A stretch of 64,000 nt of DNA from Alphaproteobacteria bacterium (GCA_965248835.1 CBDFLJ010000002.1:2368001-2432000); one strand, 5' to 3'. Counted from the first letter of the stretch, positions 10,105 through 20,298 are shown. Notes: generated from the sequence alone by a model not told the origin. A program made the numbers and translations.

Positions 10105-10136
10105 GTTGAATACCGGATACGTTGAATACCGGATAC
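10105..10136. repeat. Perfect 16-bp tandem direct repeat in divergent intergenic region
   Basis: GTTGAATACCGGATAC x2. Confidence 0.85.
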
Positions 10137-10381
10137 ATTGTGTGCGGGTTCCAGACGCTGTGACGCCACCCGTTTCCCGCCGATTCACGGCGGTCTCGGC
10201 ATCGCCAGCAGCACCGCTACCTGGGCCGCTGTCGCTGCTCGGCCCTCTTGTGGTTGCTGTCCCGCCAAGTTTCGAGAATTGCGCCGCCGGGCGATGGACT
10301 TCATGCGGGATACTTTCTTCGACTCGTTCGTGCTAACGTTCCCGGCGTAATTCGCATTCACTGAGACGGGGAGGAAACGAC

Positions 10382-11464
10382 ATGACCATGAAGCGAGTTC
10401 GATCGGCAGTTGGCGTGGCGGCGGTTGCCGCGTTGGCCGGATTCCTGGGCCTTGCCGCCGCGCCGGGCGCGCCAGCGCAAGCGCAAAATGCGTTGAAGCT
10501 CACTTCCTACGTGCCGGTCGGCTCCGGCACCTGGAACCTTTTCCACAAGCCTTTCATCGACCACGTCCACGACCTAACCGACGGTGAGGTCAAGATCAAG
10601 GGTTACAGCGTCGGCGTGCTGGCCAGCCCGTTCGATGCCTGGAAGAAGGTCCAGCAAGGCGTCGCCGACATCTGCTTATGCTTCCCGGCCTTCGCGGCCA
10701 ACGCCGATCCGACCAACGCGATCCTGGCGGGAATCGCCGGCGGCATGAACACCGATGCGTTCCTGCACTGGATATTCTACGGCGAAGGCGGCAAGCTGTG
10801 GCGCGCGTTCCGCCGCGATAGGGGCAATTTTGCAATAGCCCCCACGGCTGTCTCGCCGACCGAGATCTTCCTCCATTCGCACCGCAAGATCTCGAGCCTC
10901 GACGACCTCAAGGGCATGAAGATCCGCACCACCGGGGCGTGGGCCGACATCCTCAAGTCTCTCGGCGCATCGCCGACGGTGTTGCCGCCGTCCGACATCT
11001 ACACTGCGCTCGAGCGCAGGGTGATCGACGCGACGGAGTTCATCACTCCGGCGACCAATTTCAAGCTCGGCTATCACAAGATAGCTAAATTCATAATCAT
11101 CCCGGGCGTCCATCAGCCGTCGTCGGCCAACGAGATCGTATTCCGAGGCAAGGACTGGGACAAGATGTCCGCCAAGCACAGGTCGCGCATCACCATGGCT
11201 GCCCAGATGTCGGCCATTGACACGTATATGCGCCTCGGCTTGCAGGATTTCGACGCCATGAAGAAGTTGCGCGCGGGGCGCAACACCTTCATCACGCTTC
11301 CCGGCGACGTCATGGCCAAGGTCACCCAACTGTCCCGCGCCTGGACGGCAGATCAAGCCAAGAAGCAGGCCGCCAAGGGCAACATGTGGACGCAGAAGAT
11401 CCAGGATTCATACTGGGCCTTCTATGACAAGTACAACAAGTACGGTGATTACCGCGTCCAGTAG
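10382..11464 (+). CDS. dctP: TRAP substrate-binding protein (DctP)
   Basis: Signal peptide, DLKGMKIR, IYTALERRVIDATE, PGVHQP. Confidence 0.93.
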   Translation: MTMKRVRSAVGVAAVAALAGFLGLAAAPGAPAQAQNALKLTSYVPVGSGTWNLFHKPFIDHVHDLTDGEVKIKGYSVGVLASPFDAWKKVQQGVADICLCFPAFAANADPTNAILAGIAGGMNTDAFLHWIFYGEGGKLWRAFRRDRGNFAIAPTAVSPTEIFLHSHRKISSLDDLKGMKIRTTGAWADILKSLGASPTVLPPSDIYTALERRVIDATEFITPATNFKLGYHKIAKFIIIPGVHQPSSANEIVFRGKDWDKMSAKHRSRITMAAQMSAIDTYMRLGLQDFDAMKKLRAGRNTFITLPGDVMAKVTQLSRAWTADQAKKQAAKGNMWTQKIQDSYWAFYDKYNKYGDYRVQ

Positions 11465-11482
11465 ACACCCATCATGTGAACG

Positions 11483-11521
11483 CCGGCTCGGCGGAGGACG
11501 TTCGCGTCCCCTGTCGGCCGG
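11483..11521 (+). other. Stem-loop between dctP and dctQ
   Basis: GGACG-TTCG-CGTCC core with extended CCGGC/GCCGG pairing. Confidence 0.55.
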
Positions 11522-11536
11522 TGACCGCAAATTGCC

Positions 11537-12070
11537 ATGACACCGCTTTTCCGCGTCGTCGACCGACTATCCACCATGTGCGGCTACGCGATGATGGTGG
11601 TTTTCATCATCCTCGTCTCGGACATGATGTACGAAGTGGTCTCACGGCGAATCTTCAACGCGCCGACGCTGTGGGCCTACGATATTGCCTACATGTCAAA
11701 CGCGGCAATATTTATGGTCGCCGCCGGATATGCACTTCTGAATAACGAGCACATCCGCATCGATTTCCTGTCGACCCGGATGCCGGCACGGTTCCAGGAT
11801 TGGACGAACGCAATCGTTTATCTATTTCTACTGTTGCCAGCGCTGTGGTATGCCGGAACTGAAGCCGTGGCGGTCGCGTGGGAAGCATTCCAAACTGGTG
11901 AACTCGAGCCGTCGAGCCCGTGGAAGCCGGTGATTTGGCCCTATTATACCGCGCTCGCCCTTGGACTCATGGTGTTCTTCCTGCAGACAATCGTGCAATG
12001 TATCCGCCACGCCCAGGCGGCACTTGGGCATGGCAAGTCGCCTCTAGACCGTGCCGGTGGAAGCGCCTAG
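11537..12070 (+). CDS. dctQ: TRAP small permease (DctQ)
   Basis: 4 TM, FNAPTLWAYD, HIRIDF. Confidence 0.92.
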   Translation: MTPLFRVVDRLSTMCGYAMMVVFIILVSDMMYEVVSRRIFNAPTLWAYDIAYMSNAAIFMVAAGYALLNNEHIRIDFLSTRMPARFQDWTNAIVYLFLLLPALWYAGTEAVAVAWEAFQTGELEPSSPWKPVIWPYYTALALGLMVFFLQTIVQCIRHAQAALGHGKSPLDRAGGSA

Positions 12071-12072
12071 CC

Positions 12073-13395
12073 ATGTTCGAAGGTTCAAATGCCGTACTGA
12101 TGTTCGTCATGCTGTTCGGGCTGGTGTTCCTCGGAATCCCGGTGGCGGTCAGCTTGATTTGTACTGCATTCGCCTTCGGTCTAGCGTTATTTGGCGATGC
12201 TTTGTCGGCCCAGTTTCACAGCCGGATCGACGATGTCGGCAAGAATTTCGTCCTTGCGGCGATCCCACTGTTCATTTTCATGGGCGCGATGCTCGAGCGT
12301 TCGGGCATCGCTAATCGGCTCTTCGAGGCGGTGCGAATGTGGCTCGGACGGCTGCCCGGCGGACTGTCGCTCACCACGATTGTGATGTGCGCGATCTTCG
12401 CAGCGACCTCTGGCGTCGTCGGTGCGGTCGAGATCGTCGTCGGGCTGATGGCGGTGCCGGCAATGTTGGCGGCAGGCTACAAAAAGGATCTCGCGGCGGG
12501 CTGCGTCTGCGCCGGCGGATCGCTCGGCACGACCATCCCTCCTTCGGTTGTGATCATCATCTACGCCTCGATTACCGAGCAGTCGATCGGCGATTTGTTC
12601 GCCGGTATCATGATCCCGGCAGTGGCGATGGTGGGATTGTTCATCCTATACATTCTGGGACGCTGCATTTTGCAGCCCAGCGCCGGGCCAGGCCTGCCGC
12701 GGTCGGAGAGCACCGCGAGTCTGGCTGACAAACTATGGTTCGGGCTCACCGCGTTCATACCGGCAGTGCTCCTCGTGACCGCCGTCCTCGGCAGCATTTT
12801 CGCGGGCATCGCCTCACCGACCGAGGCTGCCGCCGTCGGATCATTCGGCGCGGTGGTGCTGACAGCGTGTTACGGACGGCTCACGTTGTCGGTTCTGTTC
12901 GGGGCGCTAAAGCGCACCATCATGATCAACACCATGGTCATGATGATCGTCGTCGGCGGGGTGATGTTTGCCAGCGTTTTCATCGTCAACGGCGGCGACG
13001 AGCTCATCGGGCAACTCGTGAAGGTGCTCGAGCTTTCGCCGATGGGTATCGTCATCCTATTCCTGGCGATTGTCTTCATCTTGGGATTCGTACTCGACTG
13101 GATCTCGGTGCTGCTGATCGCGCTGCCGATCTTCGATCCGCTGGTCCGTGCCGCCTCGATCGATCCGATCTGGTTCGGCGTGCTGGTCTGCATCGCATTG
13201 CAGACCTCGTACCTGACTCCACCGATGGCACCTTCGATCTTCTATCTCCGCGCCATCGCGCCGCCCGATATCACCTATATCGACATGTACAAGGGCGTCG
13301 CGCCCTTCGTCATGGCGCAAGTCGCGACCCTGCTTCTCGTCATGCTGGTACCCTGGACGGCGACTTTCCTACCGGACTATTTGTTCGGCTGGTAA
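12073..13395 (+). CDS. dctM: TRAP large permease (DctM)
   Basis: LAAIPLFIFMG, GSLGTTIPPS, SYLTPP. Confidence 0.93.
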   Translation: MFEGSNAVLMFVMLFGLVFLGIPVAVSLICTAFAFGLALFGDALSAQFHSRIDDVGKNFVLAAIPLFIFMGAMLERSGIANRLFEAVRMWLGRLPGGLSLTTIVMCAIFAATSGVVGAVEIVVGLMAVPAMLAAGYKKDLAAGCVCAGGSLGTTIPPSVVIIIYASITEQSIGDLFAGIMIPAVAMVGLFILYILGRCILQPSAGPGLPRSESTASLADKLWFGLTAFIPAVLLVTAVLGSIFAGIASPTEAAAVGSFGAVVLTACYGRLTLSVLFGALKRTIMINTMVMMIVVGGVMFASVFIVNGGDELIGQLVKVLELSPMGIVILFLAIVFILGFVLDWISVLLIALPIFDPLVRAASIDPIWFGVLVCIALQTSYLTPPMAPSIFYLRAIAPPDITYIDMYKGVAPFVMAQVATLLLVMLVPWTATFLPDYLFGW

Positions 13396-13424
13396 CGCGC
13401 GTTAACGGCGGCGGCCGTCGCGCT

Positions 13425-13880
13425 ATGGCGGACGAGTTCGCCGTCGCCGGTGGCATCCGAGGCGAGGCGGTGCCGCTGATCAAGTACGAGACCGCTGACA
13501 TCGAGGTGCCGGCAACGGCTTAGATCGTCATCGAGGGCGAGATCCTGATCGACGGGCTCGACTCCGAGGGACCGTTCGGCGAGTTCTCCGGCTACATGGC
13601 CGGCGGGCGTGCCGGCCCGGTGTACAAGGCGACCTGCATCACCCACCGCAACGACCAGATCCTGCTCGGCAGCATCAGCCGGTTCCCGCCGAGCGAATCA
13701 TCGTTGATCAAGCGCGCGCTGCTGGAGGCCGGCCTTAAGAAGCACTTGCGCGACAGCTTCAACATCTCCGATATCTCGCTGCCGCTGATGGCGCACCTGC
13801 GGTCCGTCGCCGAGGACTGGGACGCCTGCGGCCTGCCCCCGCTGGACGAGCTCAAGCTGCCGCGGGGGGTTAAAGCATGA
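13425..13880 (+). pseudogene. UbiD-family decarboxylase remnant
   Basis: EVPATA*IVIEGEI...EGPFGEFSGY...CITHRND; in-frame TAG at 13521; large deletions. Confidence 0.85.
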
Positions 13881-14540
13881 TCCATTTAGCCTGCATTTCC
13901 CAAGTGAACGTCGTCTCTGGACGTTCTGGGCACCGATTCTATGATCTGTATCACACGGTTAGGTCGAATGGGGGCGGCTCGGATGCGGAACCCGGAGGGT
14001 GAATCGGATCGGCAGCCTCTGCGCCCGATTTTCGACCGCCGTTTGAAGCTTGAGTTTCACGGATCGCGGGTGACCTCCGACGCCGGTCTTCTTGCCTATC
14101 GCGAACTCGACGACGCCCTCGGACTGACTGCAATGGCGGGCGAAGTTCTCGCCGACAGCCGGACCGGCAGGAACGGCTGGCACGGCATCGTCGGTCTGCT
14201 TCGCCAGTCCGTCTGTGGTCGCCTCGCCGGGTACGAGGGCGTGAATGACGCCGACCGGCTCGGGCGCGATCCTGCGATGCGCTGGATCGGCGGCGGCAAG
14301 GTCGTCGAGCGCGGCGGTGCCTCGACCAGTCAGATGGGGAGATTCGAGACCACACTGCTGGCGACCGAGGAGAACCTCGCTGCCCTGGCGGATCTGTCGG
14401 GCGTTTGGATCGATCGGGTTCATGCGCGGAAGCTGCCGAGAATGATCGTTCTCGACATGGACAGCTCCGTCAGCCCGACCCACGGCGAGCGGGAAGGCAC
14501 GTCCTATAACGGCCATTTCGGCTGCACCTGCTATCATCCC

Positions 14541-14563
14541 CTTGATCCGCTTCGCGGCTAAAG
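14541..14563. repeat. 23-nt hairpin insertion, copy A
   Basis: CTTGATCCGCTTCGCGGCTAAAG. Confidence 0.9.
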
Positions 14564-14957
14564 CGTCTTCAACCAGTTCGGCGACCTGGAGCGCTGCACC
14601 CTTCGTCCCGGCAACGTGCACAGCGCCCACGAATGGCGCGACGTGCTGGAGCCGGTTGTCGCCCGGTATCGGGATCGGAAGCTGCGGCGTTATTTCCGAG
14701 GCGATGCGGCGTTTGCATTGCCGGGGATATACGAGTTTCTCGAGGCCGAGGGCTTCAGGTATGCGATCCGGCTTCCGGCCAACAAGGTGCTCCAGGACAG
14801 CATCGCGCATATGCTCAAGCGCCCCGTCGGCCGGCCACCGAACGATGTGCGCCGGTATCACGCAAACTTCAGCTATCAGGCTGCCAGTTGGACGAAGCCC
14901 CGGCAGGTCGTCGCCAAGGTCGAGTGGCATCCGGCCGAGCTGTACCCGCGTGTCGGG

Positions 14958-14980
14958 CTTGATCCGCTTCGCGGCTCAAG
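14958..14980. repeat. 23-nt hairpin insertion, copy B
   Basis: CTTGATCCGCTTCGCGGCTCAAG (22/23 identical to copy A). Confidence 0.9.
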
Positions 14981-15580
14981 CGTGACCAACCTGAGCCGTC
15001 CCGCCGAGCGCGTGGTCGGATTCTACAATCAGCGCGGCACGGCCGAGCAGTACATCAAGGAGGGAAAGAACGCCATCAAGTGGACACGCCTGTCGTGCCA
15101 GAAGTTCCGCAACAATGAGGTCCGGCTCCAGCTTCACGCGCTGGCCGACAACCTCGGCAACTTCATGCGAACTCTGGCATTACCCGAGGCGGTCGAGCAA
15201 TGGTCGCTGACGACGCTGCGGGAGAAGCTCATCAAGATCGGGGCGAAGATCGTCCGCCACGGCCGCTACGTCGTGTTCCAGATGGCCGAGGTCGCGATCC
15301 CGCGTGAGCTGTTCGCTGACATCCTGCGCCGTATCGACCGGCTCAGACCCAAGCCAGCTCCGGCATGAGCGACCGCACCCCGTTCCTTCGCGTCGCCGCC
15401 GACAGGATCGGTGCGCCCGGATCACCGGCAAAAAAGCCATTCCGCGCCACCAACGCCGCCAATTGGTCCTCAATCATCCGCATCGACTCGAAGACGGACG
15501 TCATTCGAAGGCCGATTGCACATCGAGCGGTTTCGAGTCACGTTCAACGGGCTAGGAAGGTTCCATATGGGGAATCCCGG

Positions 15581-15924
15581 ATTACGCCAAACACGGCTAC
15601 TACCCGATCATGCACCTGTTCGCGTTCAGGCGTGCGCTGATCGAGCAACATCCCTGGCTCGCCCGCGCACTGATGGATATGTGGGAGGACGCCAAGACCC
15701 AGGCACGGGCGTTCTACGAGGATCCGGGCTATGCGAGCCTCGCATTCGCCCGCAACGACTTCGAGGACCAGGTCGCTGCCATGGGGCCGGATCCCTGGCC
15801 GTCGGGCATCGCCGCCAACCGCGCGAACCTCGAACGGTTCATCTCCTATGTCCACGACCGCCGCCTGATCGAAACCCCGGTCAACGTCGACAGCCTGTTC
15901 CACGACACGACGCGGGATAGCTGA
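15581..15924 (+). pseudogene. 4,5-dihydroxyphthalate decarboxylase-like C-terminal fragment
   Basis: HGYYPIMH...HPWLA...GPDPWPSGIAANRANLE; begins at the IS end. Confidence 0.8.
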
Positions 15925-16057
15925 TCGGGGCTGAACCAGGACGGGGGCTTGACAGTTATGCGCCGCTGCCGAAAAGTCCCGGCGACGGCAAGTGATCAGG
16001 CCCGCTGCCCGGCCTGTGTCACGGTGATACCCTGGCACGGAACAAGAGGACCTGAAA

Positions 16058-16633
16058 ATGAAATGGAATACAGCCCATGCGATCTCGGCAGTCTTCGCGC
16101 TCGCATTGGCGGCGGCGCTTGCCGGTCAGGCCCATGCCGCCTGCGGCAGCGGCCAGAGAATGAGCCACCAGGACGCGGAATGCCTGCGCACCGCGACACG
16201 CACGGTTGAAAACGGAAAAACCGTCGAAGTCCAGAACCTGTGCCCGTCCTTCGGGGACGTTGTCGCATGGATCGACAGAGAGATAGAGACGGACCTGACA
16301 TTGTATTTGACCGGCGAAAACACGGTAAAACGGTCCGTCATCGAGGTCAACGGGGTTTACTGCTGCAAGGATCTGAGCGATCTCTGCAACACCTCGGACA
16401 TCGTCAACGATGAGTCGTGCTTTGACCAGTTCCAGGCCAGCGCCGCGAACGATTCGTGCAAGGATGAAACCGCCACCGCCAATGACGATATTAAGTGCAA
16501 GATCAGCGCGTATTGTAAGGACTCGGGTGGGACTTATTTGCGTGTTCCGTCAACGATAACCGTGCACTGGCCCACAGTCCCAAATCTCAAAAACTGTGGG
16601 GGTAACCTCTGCGGGTCTGAGAGTGTTGACTGA
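16058..16633 (+). CDS. Secreted Cys-rich protein (12 Cys), C-terminus resembling a CVNH half-domain
   Basis: RBS GAGGA, Sec signal ending AHA, SC...ISAYCKDSGGTY...STI...LKNCGGNL. Confidence 0.75.
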   Translation: MKWNTAHAISAVFALALAAALAGQAHAACGSGQRMSHQDAECLRTATRTVENGKTVEVQNLCPSFGDVVAWIDREIETDLTLYLTGENTVKRSVIEVNGVYCCKDLSDLCNTSDIVNDESCFDQFQASAANDSCKDETATANDDIKCKISAYCKDSGGTYLRVPSTITVHWPTVPNLKNCGGNLCGSESVD

Positions 16634-16900
16634 CCCGGAGTTCCGCGGCGGCCACCGGACTGATACCCCGCGGCGCCACGAACCCGACCCGATTCCGGGG
16701 AGCAAAGCGCTCGCTCAAAACAGTATGTAGCGCGTCAATCCGAGCGAAATAGCTGGCGGTGATGTCAGGCTGGGCAAACCACATCGAGCCCGCCAAGGAC
16801 ACCCGACACGGCAGATAAAGATTTAGTCTGCGAGGCACAGCTGGGGGTCGGATGTCATCCTTCCTGAAGACCTGTACAGACTGAATGGGACGTGATCAAT

Positions 16901-17533
16901 TCATAACGCGTAGACGATCACGCGGATGGGCGTCGGCTCGAAGCCGGCGGCGTTGTTGAGGGCCTCGGGACAGTTGGAGAGGACGGCCAGCACGTCGATT
17001 TCGGCGCGGAGGTCCACGTAGTCGCCGGCCTTCGATATCCCCGGGGCGATCGCCACGTCCCCGTTCGTCTCCACGGGCACGTACATGAAGAGGTTGATGT
17101 TGGCGACGACATCCTTCGGGCCAAGCCCATGCTTGGCGAGTTCGGACTCGAAATTGCCCTGGCAGCCCCGGCCATTGTTCTTGCCGAAGCGCACGTCGTC
17201 TATTTCCACGGAGCAGCAGCCGTAAAGGGTATCGTGGGAGCCGCAGGTATCTTCGATGAAAGTCATCAACTTGCGGGCCCGCACGGACCACACGCCCGAG
17301 TCCTTGCCGAGATAGATGTTGTTGTTCAGCTTGATGGTGTTGGCGGCATTGTAACGGTCCGTCGGGTCGTCGGCGTTGTAGCACAGAAAATCGACCGCTT
17401 GCTGGCCCTCGAGATCGATGATGCGCAGGATTTCCCCCTTGCGCATCCTGGTGCTCCACGGCTCGCGCGCCGGGACGATTACGTCCTCACGAATCGTTGC
17501 TCCTGGAATGGAAAGGTCTGTTTTCGCCGCCAT
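16901..17533 (-). CDS. DUF1989 / urea carboxylase-associated family protein
   Basis: IIDLEGQQAVD, EDTCGSHDTLYGCC, NINLFM, SNCP. Confidence 0.9.
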   Translation of the reverse strand: MAAKTDLSIPGATIREDVIVPAREPWSTRMRKGEILRIIDLEGQQAVDFLCYNADDPTDRYNAANTIKLNNNIYLGKDSGVWSVRARKLMTFIEDTCGSHDTLYGCCSVEIDDVRFGKNNGRGCQGNFESELAKHGLGPKDVVANINLFMYVPVETNGDVAIAPGISKAGDYVDLRAEIDVLAVLSNCPEALNNAAGFEPTPIRVIVYAL

Positions 17534-17602
17534 TTCTCCGCCCCTGATGCGTGGTCCGATTTGAATGTTAGCTCATGCCGCACCTCGGTTTCAATGGGAG
17601 CC

Positions 17603-17653
17603 TGGTCTCCAATTACTCCGCCCCGCTGGTCTAATCTTGCTCCGCCGTTGACA
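17603..17653 (-). mobile_element. Isolated IS21-family terminus
   Basis: Minus strand TGTCAACGGCGGAGCAAGATTAGACCAGCGGGGCGGAGTAA with repeated GGCGGAG blocks. Confidence 0.65.
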
Positions 17654-17658
17654 CCCGT

Positions 17659-17898
17659 TTAGTCCGAAGGCGCTTCTTGCGCGGCGTCCGCCTGGATGAG
17701 CCTGTCTGTCCGCTGACCGAACTTCACCAGGCTGCCGCTCGGGTCGATCACATACAGCTCGTCCATGCCCCACGGCGTTTCGACGACCTCACCGACATCG
17801 AAGCGCTTGGCGAAATCTGCATGCAGCGCATGAATGTCGTTCACACGGACGTAGCACGAGGTGTTCTCGGCGACGTGCTTGTCCGAGCAAAGCATAAG
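17659..17898 (-). pseudogene. VOC/bleomycin-resistance protein, 5'-truncated by IS1380
   Basis: SCYVRVNDI...TPWGMDELYVIDPSGSLVKFG. Confidence 0.8.
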
Positions 17899-19581
17899 CC
17901 CGGATATCCCAGATAGGAGCCGATTTCGCTGCCTACCGAAGCATGATAGTCCAGCCATTGCAGCAGGTTAGCCATGGAGGAGCGGGGATTTGGCGGTGAA
18001 CGCGACGGGTGAAGCAGAATCCGTCCCGCTGCGGCTCCAGTTTGACCGCTCGGTGAAGCTGGCGTTCTGCGGCTCTTCTATCAGTTCCGACGGTGGTCTG
18101 CTGCTTCACCGCGAACTCGATGATGCCCTTGGCCTCACCGGCATGGCGGCCGATCTCCTCGCCGATCCGCGCACCGGGAAGAACGGCCGTCACCATCTAG
18201 CGGCACTCCTGCGGCAATCGATCTTCTCTCGCCTGGCGGGATATGAAGACGTCAACGACGCGGATCGTCTTTGCCGCGATCCGGTGATGCGTCAGCTCGT
18301 TGGCGGACGGGCGGTGAAGCACGGTGCGGCCTCGGCGAGCGCCATGGGCCGGTTTGAGACGGAGATATTGACCCAGCCTGATAACCTTACTGCTCTCGCC
18401 GATCTGCCCGGCCGCTGGATTGATGCGATCCATGACAGGCGACCACCGAAGAGCATCACGCTCGACATGGACAGTTCGGAAAGCCCGGTGCACGGTAGTC
18501 AGGAGGGCTCCGCCTGGAACGGTCACTTCCAGTCGAAGTGCCTGCATCCGCTGTTCGTGTTCAACCAGTTCGGTGATCTGGAGCGGTGCTCCTTGCGTCC
18601 CGGCAACGTCCACAGCGCCGCCGGCTGGGAAGATGTGCTGCGGCCGGTTCTGGCGCGCTACTCCGCGTCTGCCCGGCAATCGATCACGCGGCGGCGGTTC
18701 CGGGCTGATGCTGCCTTTGCCATCCCGGCGTTGTTCGACCTGCTGGAAGCCGAGGGCTGGGACTACGCCATCCGAATCAAGGGCAATGCCAAGCTCCACG
18801 AGCGCATCGATTGGCTGACGAAGCGCCGGCCTGGCCGGCCGCCGAACCATGTCGTGCGCCTCTACACCAGCTTCCATTACCGGGCGAAGAGTTGGTCGAA
18901 GCCGCGCCGGGTGGTGGCCAAGGTGGAGTTCCATCCAGGCGAGCTGTTTCCGACCGTCGGCTTCATCGTCACCAACCGAGGCCTGCCCAACGAGCGGGTG
19001 CTGGCCTTCTACAACGACCGCGGCACCGCCGAGCAGCACATCAAGGAGGGCAAGTATGCGCTGAAGTGGACGCGTCTCTCCTGTATGCGCTTCGCGGCAA
19101 ACGCCGTGCGGCTCCAATTGCATGCGCTCGCCTACAACCTCGCCAACTTCCTGCGGACAGCGGCGACGTCTGAACTGATCGAGCGCTGGTCCCTCACATC
19201 CTTGCGCGAACGGCTGATCAAGACTGGCACGCGGCTCGTGCGCCACGCCCGCTATGCGGTGTTCCAGATGGCGGAGGCCGCGCTGCCCCGCTCTGTCTTC
19301 GCAGGCATACTCGGCCTCATCAACGGACTGCGGGGGCCGCCAGCCGTGACGGTGCCAGCATGATCAACGGTCATCTTCGAGCCGCGATGCGCACGGCCGG
19401 AGGCGCGAGAGGTGCGACCTGCGGGAGCCAAAATGGCTTTCCTCGCTGCGCCGAACCGCTACCGGCACGCTTTGCAGGCTCGACGTCGGCCGAACGAGGC
19501 GAAGCACAGGCATTCGTTGGCTTGATCAGCGACCCCACAAATGGCATCGTCAGTGGGAGTGTTCCATATGGGGAATGCCGG
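17899..19581 (+). mobile_element. IS1380-family element (copy 2, apparently intact)
   Basis: Ends CCCGGATATCCCAGAT / ATATGGGGAATGCCGG; flanks TAAG/CTAA. Confidence 0.9.
17990..19363 (+). CDS. IS1380 DDE transposase
   Basis: SSDGGLL, LDMDSS, HPLFVFNQFG, RADAAF, VGFIVTN, RGTAEQHIKE. Confidence 0.93.
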   Translation: MAVNATGEAESVPLRLQFDRSVKLAFCGSSISSDGGLLLHRELDDALGLTGMAADLLADPRTGKNGRHHLAALLRQSIFSRLAGYEDVNDADRLCRDPVMRQLVGGRAVKHGAASASAMGRFETEILTQPDNLTALADLPGRWIDAIHDRRPPKSITLDMDSSESPVHGSQEGSAWNGHFQSKCLHPLFVFNQFGDLERCSLRPGNVHSAAGWEDVLRPVLARYSASARQSITRRRFRADAAFAIPALFDLLEAEGWDYAIRIKGNAKLHERIDWLTKRRPGRPPNHVVRLYTSFHYRAKSWSKPRRVVAKVEFHPGELFPTVGFIVTNRGLPNERVLAFYNDRGTAEQHIKEGKYALKWTRLSCMRFAANAVRLQLHALAYNLANFLRTAATSELIERWSLTSLRERLIKTGTRLVRHARYAVFQMAEAALPRSVFAGILGLINGLRGPPAVTVPA

Positions 19582-19584
19582 CTA

Positions 19585-20262
19585 ATGGCCACGGCCAATG
19601 GGGCTATCCGACAAGAGGTGATAACCGTTTGCCGTGTGCTGGACGGGTTGGGGTTGGTGGAGGGTTTCGGCCACGTCAGCGTTCGCCAGCCGGATGGCAA
19701 CGTACTCATCACCCCTGCCCGAGCGCCAGGGCTCGTACGACCAGACGAATTTCTAACGTTTAACCTGGAAGGCGAATTGGTCGCCGGAGACGACGGAACA
19801 GGGCCCTTGGAACGCTGGATGCACTTCGCCGTATACCGGGCGCGACCCGACATCCGGGCGATTGCTCGCACCCATTCTCGAATGGCTGCCGCGCTGGGTG
19901 TGGCGAATACGCCCATTTTCACCGCGCACGGCTTCGGCGGAATGTTGGGCGCAGTCGTACCTGTTCACCCAGAAAACGACCTGATTACGGATGATGCGAT
20001 GGGTCAGGCCGTAGCGGCGTCCCTGAATGGCAACGCCGGAGTGCTTCTGCGGGGAAATGGAGCGTTGGTGACAGGGACTACATTACCTCAAGCCTGCGTC
20101 CGCGCCATTTATCTAGAAGAGGCCGCTTGGTTGCAGGTAACAGCAGCCGGGGTCGGGGGGGTGGTTCCATTCACAGTGGACGAGCTAAACGCGCGGTCAC
20201 GCTGGCACGAAGCTGAGATGGAGCGCGCCTGGCATTACTACAGCGCCAAATTCGGCGTTTAG
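19585..20262 (+). CDS. Class II aldolase/adducin family protein (N-terminus may be clipped by IS)
   Basis: EGFGHVSVR, PLERWMH, ARTHS, LLRGNG. Confidence 0.85.
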   Translation: MATANGAIRQEVITVCRVLDGLGLVEGFGHVSVRQPDGNVLITPARAPGLVRPDEFLTFNLEGELVAGDDGTGPLERWMHFAVYRARPDIRAIARTHSRMAAALGVANTPIFTAHGFGGMLGAVVPVHPENDLITDDAMGQAVAASLNGNAGVLLRGNGALVTGTTLPQACVRAIYLEEAAWLQVTAAGVGGVVPFTVDELNARSRWHEAEMERAWHYYSAKFGV

Positions 20263-20298
20263 GGGTCGCGTGTGCGACATAGCTGGTGAAGGTTAGGC

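Larger units (their letters stand above)
13983..15368 (+). pseudogene. IS1380 transposase, single frame broken by TAA at 14559 inside an inserted hairpin
   Basis: TSDAGLL, LDMDSS, RGDAAF, YNQRGTAEQYIKE; two extra LDPLRG(S/*)S blocks. Confidence 0.9.
13890..15580 (+). mobile_element. IS1380-family element (copy 1)
   Basis: Imperfect ends CCTGCATTTCCCAAG / ATATGGGGAATCCCGG; flanks TTAG/ATTA are not a duplication. Confidence 0.88.

Noticed and set aside
13521-13523. In-frame TAG in UbiD as possible pyrrolysine or readthrough
   Set aside because: The gene is also heavily deleted; a GAG-to-TAG nonsense change is simpler and no pyl genes are present.
17534-17660. Guanidine riboswitch upstream of the DUF1989 gene
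   Set aside because: No recognisable motif; the upstream region is occupied by an IS21 end.
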